Shown here: one piece after another, positions 26,595 through 38,493 of the stretch
Layout: every line of letters begins with the position of its first letter
Numbering within the stretch: position 1 is the stretch's first letter
Assembly (NCBI GenBank): GCA_965153285.1
Contig: OZ229111.1
Length of the DNA stretch: 64,000 bases
Reading direction: 5' to 3' (one strand)
DNA from: Podarcis tiliguerta
Lineage: Eukaryota
Notes under the pieces: generated by a model
The model's database searches: none
Seen by the model: only the letters and a program-made list of their open reading frames with translations
What the model was told of the DNA's origin: nothing
Made by a program: the position numbers and the translations under genes

Positions 26595-29212
26595 TACAAA
26601 TATGTACAATAAGGGGCTGCGTCATGGCTACATGCAAAAATTACTCCCAGATGTTTGCTGGAAGACTAAGAACTACTGTTAATTCATCACTGAAACTGCT
26701 TTCATTTAACCATTTGCACCCACCCTTACTGTGTGTCTCTGTCACCACCCTATTCTAGGGTGTATCAACATTTAAATGCTTTAAAACTTAAGATATTAAA
26801 AGAAACCAGTAAACCAGAGAGATGTCTGCTTCATGGCTTATATCAATACAGTCTGATCCTCAGCAGCATTAAGATGGGCTTAAAGGCATTTATTTCCATA
26901 GACTTAGACTGTGATCCTCTGCATGCTTATCTCGTGGTAAGACCCACTGAGCTCAATAGGACCTGCTTCTTCATAGACATTGTTTAGGATTGCACTGTGC
27001 ACCCCACTTAAATCTGCATATGGCTGGGCTGAGATAACGCTTAAAGAAAAAGATTAGAAATATGACCAGTGTCTTTGGATTTTTTTTTAAAAAATCTATT
27101 TTTATATGCTCTATATCATGCATGCTTAATATGGAGAGCTGCTAGTTGTAACAGAAAGCACTCAAGATGTTTCATCCCAAATAACAATAGCCAAGACTAG
27201 TGTGTATGCTGTCCACGCTATAGACGTGAGAGAATACTTGAATGTTAGAATCTCATTTATTTGACCAGTGTTAATAACTCAAAATTAATGAACTACATAT
27301 CTGCATTATATATTAGCTATTTGGGCACAAGAATATCCCTGTTAGCATTCATTCACAAGCCATTTGAATACACACATTCATGCAGAAAATAAAATTGCTT
27401 TTCTCCCCCCTACTCCATCCAAAATAAAGATGTCTCAGGTTAAGTAAGCCCCACTGAATATAGTGGAACTTACTTCTGGGTAAACATACATAGTTTATAC
27501 TGTCACAGTATAGCAACCAAAGCAGGGAGCCTTTAATATATTTTGTTAGAGAAAAATCTCATTCTCAAATTTCATGGGTTTTTTTAGGCCTGACTCCTAA
27601 ATTTGCCTACACTTAGGGCTCATACCGGCAGGATTCCCTCAGAACAATACAAAACTCTCTTTTTGCCTGCCTTGGCTGCACATATATAATATCACACAAG
27701 GTAATTACAGAAAACAGGCACACTGCTCTAATGTGCATAGCCTGATGCTACGTGGATGTGAGAATAATTGTATTATGGCCTACGTAGATCCTTACATTTA
27801 TAGACCCTCCCCACGCCATGTCCTTCCAATGAGCAACACTAGATTACTTCTCTATTCATTCAAAAGTGCTACTGTCTCAGAAGTACCGGTAATTCTTATA
27901 TCAGTAGTCAAATACAGGGGGTGGGGGGGTGAAATTGCACTAGTTCAATCCACAGTATTCTAATTACATCACCCATTAGCAGCAGATGTAAACTCAACAA
28001 AATTGATTTACAAAACATTTAAAGGACATTCTGAGTATTTTTTTTAAGGCTTGTAAATTTGATTTTTTTAAAAATGTGTCCAATGGTAAATGAATTTCCA
28101 AATTATTAAACAAGACTCTAGAAAACATGAGTAATGAAACTGGAATGTTGCATTCCAAACACAGAATAGCCTTGCATGTCCCCAAAAACCTGTGTTTTAA
28201 GGAAACTGTGGTTTTGCATATTTGCAGCAATAAGTTATTAAGGAATAAGTTTCACTTCAAGTAAAAACTCCCACTGCAATAAGGCCCACTGAATACATGC
28301 GCAGGACTTGTGCTTTTATGTACTAGCAGCAACTAAGGTGGTTGCTTTTCCTTAAAACTACTGTTTGCCATTAGTAATGCTTTGTTTATAGATAAAATAC
28401 TAAGATACAAAAAATAGGTTATTTGTTTATTTTTGGAAGTACTAGAAAATGACAACAAGGCATTCTACCACAATGCTACAGCCTTCTACCACAATGGGCC
28501 CTCTTTCCATTTGGCCTGTTAGATATTCCAGGAACACCATTGCGTAGATGGCACACATTTTTACTTTAATTTTATTTTAAATCAAGAATGGTATTATTTG
28601 CTAGAAAGGATAGGAGCAGGTACAGCTTGCCTCTGCAGCAATAGGGCAATAACTACTAGCTATATGAACAGGAGGAACACAAGCAACCATCAGTGACAGA
28701 GGTCACTGCTTCATGGGTAAATTGATTAGAATGAGGGAAACTCAACCATGGCATTCAGTGGTGAAGTTGGACCAGCCACATGGTTAGCCTCCCTCCAGAT
28801 TTTTTTCTGAGGAGAAAAAGACTTTGCACACAACCATCAGTGACAGGGTTGGAGAAGAGTGCAGAATAAAATAGTAATAAAACCAATAGTTCATGAACAT
28901 TAACTTTAAAAGAAATCATATTGTTTCACAATAATAGTTATTTGATTCAGGTTTTGTTATTAACCTAAGTATGAAACTTGTTGATAATGATCTTCCCTTA
29001 TTGTTCTTACAACATTAATATTTAAAAAATACTTGATGAATTACCAGCCTCCGTTTTTAAGCTTGTCAAGTGTCCAAGCATAATTGCCCCCTCTTTGTTT
29101 AATTAAAAACCTGAGTGCTCTTCTCCCATGTACAAAAATGTATCCACAAAACATATTGCCCAAACCAAGCAATTTCCAATCACTGCATTTACAGCTACTC
29201 ATGTATCTATAA

Positions 29213-29352
29213 CAGTGGCGTAGCGTGGGTTGTCAGCACCCGGGGCAAGGTAAGTAATTTGCGCCCCCTAACCCGTGGATTTGCACCCCCTAACCCCCAG
29301 ATGTTGCGCCCGGTGCGGCCGGCCCCCCTGCACCCCCCACGCTACGCCACTG
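29213..29352. mobile_element. Young GC-rich hAT-type MITE (140 bp)
   Basis: Perfect 17-bp TIRs cagtggcgtagcgtggg / cccacgctacgccactg, a perfect 8-bp TSD atctataa, and intact CpGs. Confidence 0.93.
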
Positions 29353-30749
29353 ATCTATAAAGGCTCTTAATCATGCCCCTCTTCTAAACTTTCAGAATTA
29401 AAGGGGATAACACAGAAGAAAGAAAACTCTTGTTAATTAGTAAAATGCACAATTCTAGACTACCACCACCTCACAGGAGTTTTAACTCTCCTGCTCATGA
29501 AGACACAACAATTGTCACATGCATCATGGCACCTAACCTTCAACTTTGTCAAGAAAGTGGGATCACTACAAAGTCAGTCACCATATTAGTGCAGCCAAAA
29601 TACGGTAATCACATTTTGGATAGGACTCAGAGGCAGCCTTATCATAAGTCAAGCAAGATGAAGCAAGCCGTTCAAGGCAGTCATTTAGAGATGGAAGGTT
29701 TTGAGCTTGCTTCAGTTCCACACCAAGAAGCTCCCAATGCAACACCGCACATGGCAACAGCAGCACACAGAGGTAGAGAGATGCAGTACTTCTTTTAAGA
29801 TGGCACTGCATGTTGTGTCACAGACAACAAATGCATTGTTATTATTTATTAATGTATAAATACACAATTCACATGGATATGGCCCTCAATGAATATTAGT
29901 ATCAGAAGTAGCATGCCTCTGGTATTTACATGTGGGAGTGTGCTAATCCACTCATGTCCAGCTGCTAGTTGGCCAGTGGCCACTAGAAGAATAGACTGCA
30001 CTAGATAGGCCTTTGGCTCTTTTTATGTTATGTTATGTCATGACAGTATATTAAGTGTCCAAATGACAAGTGAGTTTTGTGGTTTCCCTCAACTGTGGAG
30101 CAAATGCTAGAGTCAAGGACCCAACCAGATCATATTTGTGCTTACTTAGGAATAAGTCCAGGGCTGAACTGGGCTTACAATGTCACCCTTGTAACATTGC
30201 TAAAAGAAAGAGGGAGTGAGACTTTCCTCCCTGCACCATCCACAGAGAGATAAATGAGCAGAGCAGGGCTTGGATTACAAGCTAGAGAAGAACTATTGGA
30301 GGAAAGAATGTGATTTGCCTAGTCTGGGATTTCTGCAACAGCATGGTTATTTCTGAGTGTCCTCCTTTATTCATGCTAGGGAACATCCACTCATTTAATA
30401 CATTTTTGCGAATTGTGAACTGCGTCATCAGTACCCTATAGAACCCTTCTTGTACCAAACTGACCCCCTTTCTTTTTTCTTTTTAAATTACCCATGGTTA
30501 TTTTTACCCATGATAATCATTTCTATCATTTACCCATTTAAAATAATTTTATGAGTTAGCCACGATAATCATTTTTATATCAAGCCACAAATCAAAAACC
30601 TTGTCCTAGTCATGGTTGAAAAAAGCCATGTCCATGGTTAGCAAAAATGCTAGTGTAGACATAATGCTAAACATGGTTATGTACAAAAATGAAAGGTGAC
30701 AAATCCTCTTGCAAGACATGGAGACAGAGAAGCACATGTCAGTTGTGTT

Positions 30750-30935
30750 CTAAGAAGGATATTGACAAGCTGGAACATGCACAGAGCAGGGTGACCAAGA
30801 TTACCAGGGGTCTGGAAACCAAGCCTTATGAAGAAAGGTTGAGGGAATTGGGTATGTTTAGCGTGGAAAAGAGGAGACTGAGAGGAGATATGAACCATCT
30901 TCAAATATCTGAAGGGCTGTCACATGGAATAGGGA
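30750..30935 (+). mobile_element. CR1 LINE ORF2 fragment
   Basis: Translates [47 protein letters not shown], homologous to the C-terminal half of ORF 62249..62878. Confidence 0.9.
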
Positions 30936-31528
30936 GCAAGAACTTGGATCTAGCAGGAAAATGTGGCAATCAAATTAGAGGAGACATGCATTTTGTTACT
31001 ATCTATTATTTTACTGTTCATGGGCATTTCGCATAGGCTTAATTCCCTGCTGCTTCTTATCTGTTTAAAAGGCATAATCATAAACCAGATTATGCAGAGC
31101 GGCACACTTCCAGGGTGAATTAAATGTTTTAGATACAATTAGAATAGGAATAGTAAATGCAGCAATGCAAGATTCTTACGGTTTTACATGGCCATCACAA
31201 TTATTTATAACACTATCAATCGCAATATAATCACCACTAAATATGTCCAAGAAGGTACCTTACATAAACAACACCAAAATACATGACTGGGCAGTGTGGT
31301 AAACAAATTGCATAGTAATTCAGAGAACTAAAATACCTAAAAGCCAAGTTTCTATTTATGCTAAACTGCCCTCAAATTCCGCTTGCAAAAACTGGTGTTA
31401 CTTTTATAGCAGCCTGCCAGTAACAACTGCATGAAAAGGACTGTATGTTGACAATTTCAGCTGCTATACTGATTTAGGGCTTTATTGTTCCACATGAGGA
31501 TTGTGTTTTTCTTTGAATGGATGCAGCT

Positions 31529-31668
31529 CAGGGATGAGGGAACCTGTGCCCCCCCCCCCAATGTGTTTCTGGACTCCATCTCCCATCATCTCTGACCATT
31601 CATCTTGGTGGCTGAGGCTGAAGGTTGGGATCCAACAACAGCTGAGAGCCAGAGGCTCCCCTTTCCTG
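31529..31668. mobile_element. Old hAT-type MITE
   Basis: Ends cagggatgaggg / cccctttcctg, with an 8-bp TSD atgcagct/atacagct (1 mismatch). Confidence 0.6.
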
Positions 31669-31955
31669 ATACAGCTGCATGTAAAAATCTGAAGTTTTTT
31701 TTGTTTGTTTTTTAAAGAGAATTGAATTCTCCATCTCAGCATCAAAGGTACAACAGCCTGAGGTAGGACAAGCCAGTCTGCTCTCTGCCATGGTAAGAGA
31801 AGTAGGTTACGTGGCTGAAAATGAAATAGCAGCAGTGCATGCAAGAAGAAAGGAGAAATGCAGTAGCCCCTTAAATTATTTGAAAGCAATATTGAGCAAA
31901 GTTGTGATTTTAAGGAAATGGATCGTGAACTTTCACATTAGATCTCAGCAATATA

Positions 31956-32145
31956 CAGTGATACCTCGGTTTACGGACTTATCGTTCCTGAAGTCTGTTC
32001 TTAAACTGAGGTGCACTTTCCCTAATGAGGCCTCCTGCCGCTGGTGCCCTTCCACTGTTCGGCTTCCGTTCGTAGACCGAGGTAAAGTTCGCAAACCGGG
32101 ACGCTACTTTTGGTTTTGCGGAGTTCGTAAACCGAGGTACCACTG
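31956..32145. mobile_element. Tc1/mariner (Tigger-like) MITE
   Basis: ta|cagtgatacctcggtttacg ... cgtaaaccgaggtaccactg|ta. Confidence 0.88.
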
Positions 32146-33703
32146 TAATGATTTACAGAATGAAATGGTGAAGAAGAATTTGGCCTATCAAACATGTTCT
32201 GCTAGAATACTGATGCATATAGCATTGATAGTGTTCATTTATAATGAATAAATGAAGCTTCAGTTGTATATCCATGCTATTTCGCATAATACGGTTCAAA
32301 TCTTTCAAAACCTCATTTTCCCATTCAGAGATTTTGAAGATGACACATTAATACCTGCAAGTGCTTGGAGTGGGATCTCCTCATTTTCCAAAGGAATATT
32401 CAATGCATGAAGTTCAGCAAGCAGACACAAACACAATTTAGAAAACTTGCATGCATACAACAAGACATGAAGGCTAGTGACATCAAACCTGTCATGTGCA
32501 AATCCCATGAAGATGCCTGGAGATGCAAAGTCAGGTCATGAATCCATAGAAGTGACCAGAGGAGGAACGCATAAAGAAGCAACACCATGGTACATCTACA
32601 TCAGCATAACCAGATGCCTTCATCTGCCCCAGCTGCAACCGGACTTGTCTCTCCTATACTGGTCTCTACAGCCACAGGAGTAGTTGCAAGTAACTGTCAA
32701 CAACACACGTTTTGGTGAACTATAAAACATTTGTGGTGTCAAAATTTATAGAATAAAACTCAAACATTACTTTTTAATATCACTTTGCTGTCTTCAAATG
32801 CAGACATTTAACTTTGATAGATAAGTAACAAAATAATTATAAAAATAAGAATATATTTTTCTGAGCTTTTTATATGGATTTAATAAGCACCTTGATTTAC
32901 AAAAGCTAAATATGCTATGGTTTTCAAAGCTGCCTTCTAATCTTATTTACTTTCCTCTCCACCCAAGTTTATCATTGTCATTTTGGCTGATGGCCACTAC
33001 AGCAATCATACTTTTGAGAATCTTTTCTGGCATTCAGATTACAGACATCTCCAGGAAATGAACAGGAAATGCTACGCACACATATGTATATGCTAATTCC
33101 TAAACTGATAAGGGACATTTTAGAGCCCACAGCATTTATATTTATTTCTTTATGAATTTATTTATGAGCTGCTCTTCTGGCCTCAAAAGGCCCAACAGGT
33201 GAACTACATTCTTAAGACAACATCATAGCACCTGCCGGGGTGGTGGTAGTGGGGTATAAAACAACAGGTGCAACTAATTGGATCTGAAAACATCTGGAAG
33301 CTATGAAGGGTGGGGAAGAGTTCCACTGAGAGGGTGCCACGACAGAAAAGGTTGCTGCGACTACAATCTTACCACCAAGTGTCAATTCTTGTATTCAAAC
33401 CAACAGCATTAAAAAAAAAATGTTTCTTTGGTAATTACTTTTAATAACAAAGAATACATTTGATTAACCGAAGGCACCTTTGACGAATTGCTTCAGTGTG
33501 AATAAGCCCAACTCTGGACATTTTTGTTCCCTTTGTTTATTCATCTGGTCTCATGTTCGTCGCACATCCCATTCTGCTTCCTCATGCCTCTGAATTTTCC
33601 CAGCCCTCCAGGGAAATAGTCTTGTTCCTGTCCACAAATGCAGTTGTTGCTGCTACTAAAAATCTCTTGGGGTCACATTCTTTTACTTCTTTTATTTATT
33701 TAA

Positions 33704-33838
33704 ACCAATATTCACCAGTCTGGTGCCCTCCAGTCTGAAATACAGCTGCCATCAGATCCAGCCGGTGCACTTGCTGGCTGGGGTTGATGAGAGTTGTGGT
33801 CCAAAACATCTGGAGAGCACCAGGTTGGCAAAGGCTGG
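33704..33838. mobile_element. Old hAT-type MITE, related to 44726-44861
   Basis: Palindromic body tggtgccctccag...gatgagagttgtggtccaaaacatctggagagcaccaggttgg. Confidence 0.55.
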
Positions 33839-35286
33839 TTTTGAACACTTCAAGGTGGATTCATTTCCTGCTTTGTGCACTGACTCCAATGTAGAGCATC
33901 CAATCATGCACAAGCCCAAGAGTCAGGAATGGACTACTTTGCCTTTGTAACATGTAATTATATAAAGGGACTACTTGACAAGTACAACATGCCATTTCAC
34001 CTGCCTTCCTGAAAGCTACAGTACTTCATAGGCTCAAGTTGCCAGATCAAGGGAACAGACAAAATTAAGGACATTTTCGTATTTAATGAATAACAGCAGG
34101 CTGCAACCCTTCACTGATTCACATCTCAAAATCTGAAAGCCATTTGACTACTCAGGAACAAAGAAAGTTTGGTATTCTACGCACCAAGTGTACACTATCT
34201 GATTTCCTATTACCGGTATATACTGCATTCTTAAACATATAATTTTGACCTGATTACAATAAACATTTGAGTTTTTAAAACTGTTTTTACTGATAATTTT
34301 ACTGTTTTGCTTTTTTTTTAAAAAAAAGAACTGCTTTGAGGTTGGGTGGGTGTGGCTAATACATTATAATACATTCTAATAAATGTAAGCTTAAAGTACA
34401 CACACAAATACCAAGAATGTAGACCTTTATTTCCTACATTTTAAGATATGATCAAAACGTACCCCCACCCCAACATTTTTACCCTCAGAGGCAGCAACAG
34501 GCCCAGGTAACCCATTCAGCTTTATAGCTGAGCAGGGATTTGAAACTGGGCCTCCTCAATCCTACTCTTGACATTCCATCCATTATACCACATAGGTTCT
34601 CATGCACTCTCTTCACTCAGAACCCTATGTTCTTCGGCATGTGCTTTGATAATTTAAGTAACACTAAAGATGTGATTATCATGCTCAATTTGTGCAGCAA
34701 ATACAGAAAAATCCTACGCATGTTCAGTCAGATGTAAGTCTCACTGGATTCAACGGTTGAAACTCCCAGGAAAGTGTACATAGCACTGTAGCCAAAGAGT
34801 AAATGAATTACATTGTTTAACATGCTGTTTCACCCTCCCATTAACCTAATGGCACAGCATTTTCACAATCTGCATTAATTCAAACTTAAAGATAAGCAAG
34901 TTGCAGCAATCCATTGTACGTATTCCCGGATCTTTAGGACTAAAGTTATTAACTCATCCATGTATGCTCCCCAGACACAGCTAGCTACACTTCCTGGAAC
35001 TAATTATTTTATGGCTTAAGCCTAGACTAACCCATCTGTTCAGATCATTCAGCCATTTCATTTAGAAATTTAATGACTAGCATGTCAGGAAGATGCAGCA
35101 TATTGCTCAATTTGCTGATTTTTCTCTAGTGTAAAAGTGTCATATTCGGGTATAGAAAGTCTAAAGATCAGGCAAATAAATAAATAAATGCTCCTGGCAT
35201 ATTTTGCAGGCAGTCACCCTGCGGCATTTGGGTGTCACAACTGGAAATTTGTTACAGCAAGCATTTGTGCCTAGCTACATATTATT

Positions 35287-35368
35287 AAGGTAAAGGTAAA
35301 GGTAAAGGACACCTGGACGGTTAAGTCCAGTCTAAGGTGTCTGTGGGGTGTAGTGCTCATCTCATTTC
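35287..35368 (-). mobile_element. Sauria SINE 3' fragment
   Basis: aaggtaaaggtaaaggtaaagg is the (ACCTTT)n tail on the minus strand. It is followed by ggacggttaagtccagtc, matching 45931-45950. Confidence 0.8.
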
Positions 35369-36369
35369 TATGGTATAGCACCATAGAAACACTTAACATG
35401 GTTTACATTTACAGGACCACAAAGTTGTTGGAAGATACCAAATGAACATCCAGTCCATTTCTATCATCCCACCCACTGCTCAAGAGAACAGGTGCACAAC
35501 TGAAACAAACTGTGATGGCAAACAACTTGAGATGACTAAATGCAAGCGAACCTAGCCATACGCTGCATGGGAAGACAAACACATTCTAAACTAAGCAAAC
35601 GCCTATAGATACTAACCAAGCTTGGGGGGGGGGGACCCTTTCTAATCCTCAATCCCAAACTACTCAGCATACTGTTTCTAGCTGTGGGCTAGAGAAAATG
35701 GGGTGGAAACCAACAGGACTCCAGTGAAGCACAACTGAGGCAATCGAAATAGCAAGCATAATACACACTTCAAAAATGCAATGAATATTGTTAATACAGA
35801 TGACAGCCATTGTGTTCCACCCAGGCACCCACTGCTGTAGTAAGTCTAAAGATCAGGCAAACAGACAAATGCTGAATGCTTCTATCAGATAGTGGTGTCA
35901 TGTGAGGCTGCCTTTCAGTTTTAACATCTGTCAATAACTGCCAGCTGAAGAATACTGTCGCTGTGTTTTCCCTGTCCTGACTCCTGCGTCGCTTCTGCCA
36001 AGGTAACCAAATTCCTACAAACGCCAAGCTGCAGAGGCCAGATTTCAGGCAGTGCCATTCTGGCACACCAAAAGACAGCAGCTTTTACAAGTGATTTTGA
36101 TGAGTTGGGAGTGTCCGTGTGTGTGTTTTTCTAGTTAAACAAAGTTTGTCTTTAAGTTTGTTGGGTTAAAAAAAAAAAACTCCGTAAAGGTGCTAGAGAC
36201 CGTTCAGAAAAGAAAATTGAGGAGGGGCTGGTAACTTGCAGCAGTGAGCTAGAGAGAAAAGTCCGAGCCCATCAGCCCCACCCCCTCCCCTGACGAACCA
36301 TTCGATTTGCAAGAAATTGGCGGAGCACTTAAAAGAAAACATGGAGGCTCTTAAAACGAGGAAGTCCCG

Positions 36370-37710
36370 GTGGAGACAAACCTCCGCGGGATGTTAGAAC
36401 TCAGTCGCCCTGTGTTCTCGCCCCGGTTGTGCAACGCGCCCCCTCCGCCATGGGCAGCACCCGCTCGAGGGCGCGCGCGCCTTGCCCCGTGCCGGGCTGC
36501 CCCCGATTGCGAAGCGAGAAGCAGGAAAGAGGGAGAGAGAGAAAGAGAAAGGGCAACTTCGAGCGCCTGTCGCGAAAGTGTGCCACCCAGACGAGAGGCA
36601 GGCGGGCGCCCAACTCACCCAGCCCAGGCAGCGACTCGAGCGCCGGAGGGTCCCGCTCCTCTGACGAGAAGAAGTGCTCAGCCCATTCGCACAACCCCTC
36701 AGCGCCGGAAAGTGGGGTGGGCGAGAGATAAAATCTCTCTCACACACAAACACACTCGCTCACTTCGAAAAGGGATGGGGAGGCGCTGCCCGCGCCGCTT
36801 CCTCATTCACCGAGGAGGCAGGCGGAGCAGGAACTACCTCGCCCTCCTCCTTACTCCCCCCACCCCACCGGCCCCTGCGAAAGTGGCGGCCCCGCCGCAG
36901 CAGCAGGTATGAGGCGGCCCGCGCGCGCGCCAGCGAGTCACTCACCCGTTTCGCGCGAAGGACCCTCGCGAGGAAGCGCAGGACTCGCTCGGCGCTCCGA
37001 GGCCGAGAGCGCTGCCCCGAAAAGAGAGAGGCAGTCAAGCGGCGCTGCCTCCGCCTCGGGACCGCCCTCCCCTCGCTCGCTCGCTCGCCCCGCCCTCCGC
37101 CCCCGCGCGCTCCGCCTCAACTTTTGCCGGACGCGCTCACCTGCTGCTCTTGCAGCCGGGCAGGAGAAGAAAGCGGAGCGGGGGCGCGCGCTGAGGGGCG
37201 GGAATCCCCTGCTTCGCGCGGGCCACATCGAACGGAACAGGCGCTTGGAGGCTTCAGCGTCTCCTTTCGCTTTTCCGCCCTCCTCCTGCTTCTTCTGCCG
37301 CTCGCCCGGTCTCTCCCGTCGCCGTCGAGGAACTTTCCCGGGCCGAATGGAGCTCCCTCGCGAATTCGGGCCTCTCGCGGTTGGCCTGTGCTTGGCCGGC
37401 CTTTCTTGCCCGGAGGTGTGTGGCGCTCACGGCTCCGCGCGCCTTTACCTGACCCGGCAGCTCCCTGGTCTTCTCGCTTTGTTTTAAAGTCGGCCGGCCT
37501 CCACCTTCCCGCTCTCAGCCCCGGGAGGAAGCGGCGTCTCGCCTCGTGGGGCTGTCGCGGCCGGGCGGTTTCCCCCTGGAAACGCTGCGGGCGCGGGCTC
37601 TGGAAGCCACGCGGGACAGACCTCGCAGTCGCTCCGGTGCTCAAAGAGGTCATGGCCGAGTGGGGAAAGTGTCTCGTTTGATTAAAGCTGGGTGGCAGAG
37701 GCTGGCCCGG
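36370..37710. promoter_or_regulatory. PRKCD: CpG island, probable PRKCD promoter and non-coding first exon(s)
   Basis: Abrupt GC- and CpG-rich block in an AT-rich background, upstream of PRKCD on the minus strand. Contains GC boxes (e.g. ccccgccc ~37088), a kB-like GGGAATCCCC at 37200-37209, and minus-strand donors at 37141, 36946 and 36619. Confidence 0.85.
37141..37260 (-). other. PRKCD: Candidate non-coding 5'UTR exon 1 of PRKCD (5' boundary unknown)
   Basis: Strong donor CAG|GTGAGC at 37141/37140 inside the CpG island. The transcription start cannot be placed from sequence alone. Confidence 0.5.
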
Positions 37711-38039
37711 GGAAGGAGGTGGTCTCCGCTTCCTTTACCATACCCTCTGCATCAGTATTTCTCAGGTTTGCTTTAAAAAAATAAATTAATTAATAACATC
37801 AGTATGTTTGCGGCTCTTTGGTGCAATAATGCTGTTTTAATATCGCGTTTCCTGGTTTCCTACCGATATTTTAGACCGTATGGCATTGGAATTGATACTA
37901 TTTTACGTATGTGTTGTCCTCTCTCTGTATTGGGGGGGGGTTAGTTGCTATTTGTGCAATTGTTTGAACTGTTTCTATGCCCATGATTTTATTTATAAAA
38001 AGTATATGCCACCCTTGCGTAAAATTTCCAAGTGGTCTC

Positions 38040-38493
38040 TTGTTGTTGTTGTTTTTTAGTTGTGTCCGACTCTTCGTGACCCCATGGACCAGAGTACGCC
38101 AGGCACTTCTGTCTTCCACTGCCTCCTGCAGTTTGGTCAGACTCATGTTTGTAGCTTCGAGAATACTGTCTAACCATCTCGTCCTCTGTCGTCCCCTTCT
38201 CCTTGTGCCCTCCATCTTTCCCAACATCAGGGTCTTTTCCAGGGAGTCTTCTCTTCTCATGAGGTGACCAAAGTATTGGAGCCTCAGCTTCACGATCTGT
38301 CCTTCCAGTGAGCACTCAGGGCTGATTTCCTTAAGAATGGATATGTTTGATCTTCTTGCAGTCCATGGGACTCTCAAGAGCACCATAATTCAAAAGCATC
38401 AATTCTTCAGCGATCAGCCTTCTTTATGGTCCAGCTCTCACTTCCATACATCACTACTGGGAAAATCATAACTTTAACTATACGGATCTTTGT
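38040..38493 (-). mobile_element. Bov-B (RTE clade) LINE 3' end, 5'-truncated
   Basis: ORF 37898..38386 contains WTARRSN.SILKEISPECSLEG...LRLQYFGHLMRREDSLEKTLMLGK.EG.RRRGRQR.RWLD...VHGVTKSRT, the Bov-B C-terminus. It has a (CAA)n tail. Confidence 0.93.

Noticed and set aside
36920-36931. (CG)n run as a Z-DNA element
   Set aside because: Only about 5 repeats inside a CpG island, which is expected by chance.
36370-37776. Long overlapping ORFs in the CpG island (335, 192, 180 and 178 aa)
   Set aside because: They are Arg/Pro/Ala/Gly-rich, open in several frames on both strands and have no recognisable domain. This is the expected result of stop-codon scarcity in GC-rich DNA.
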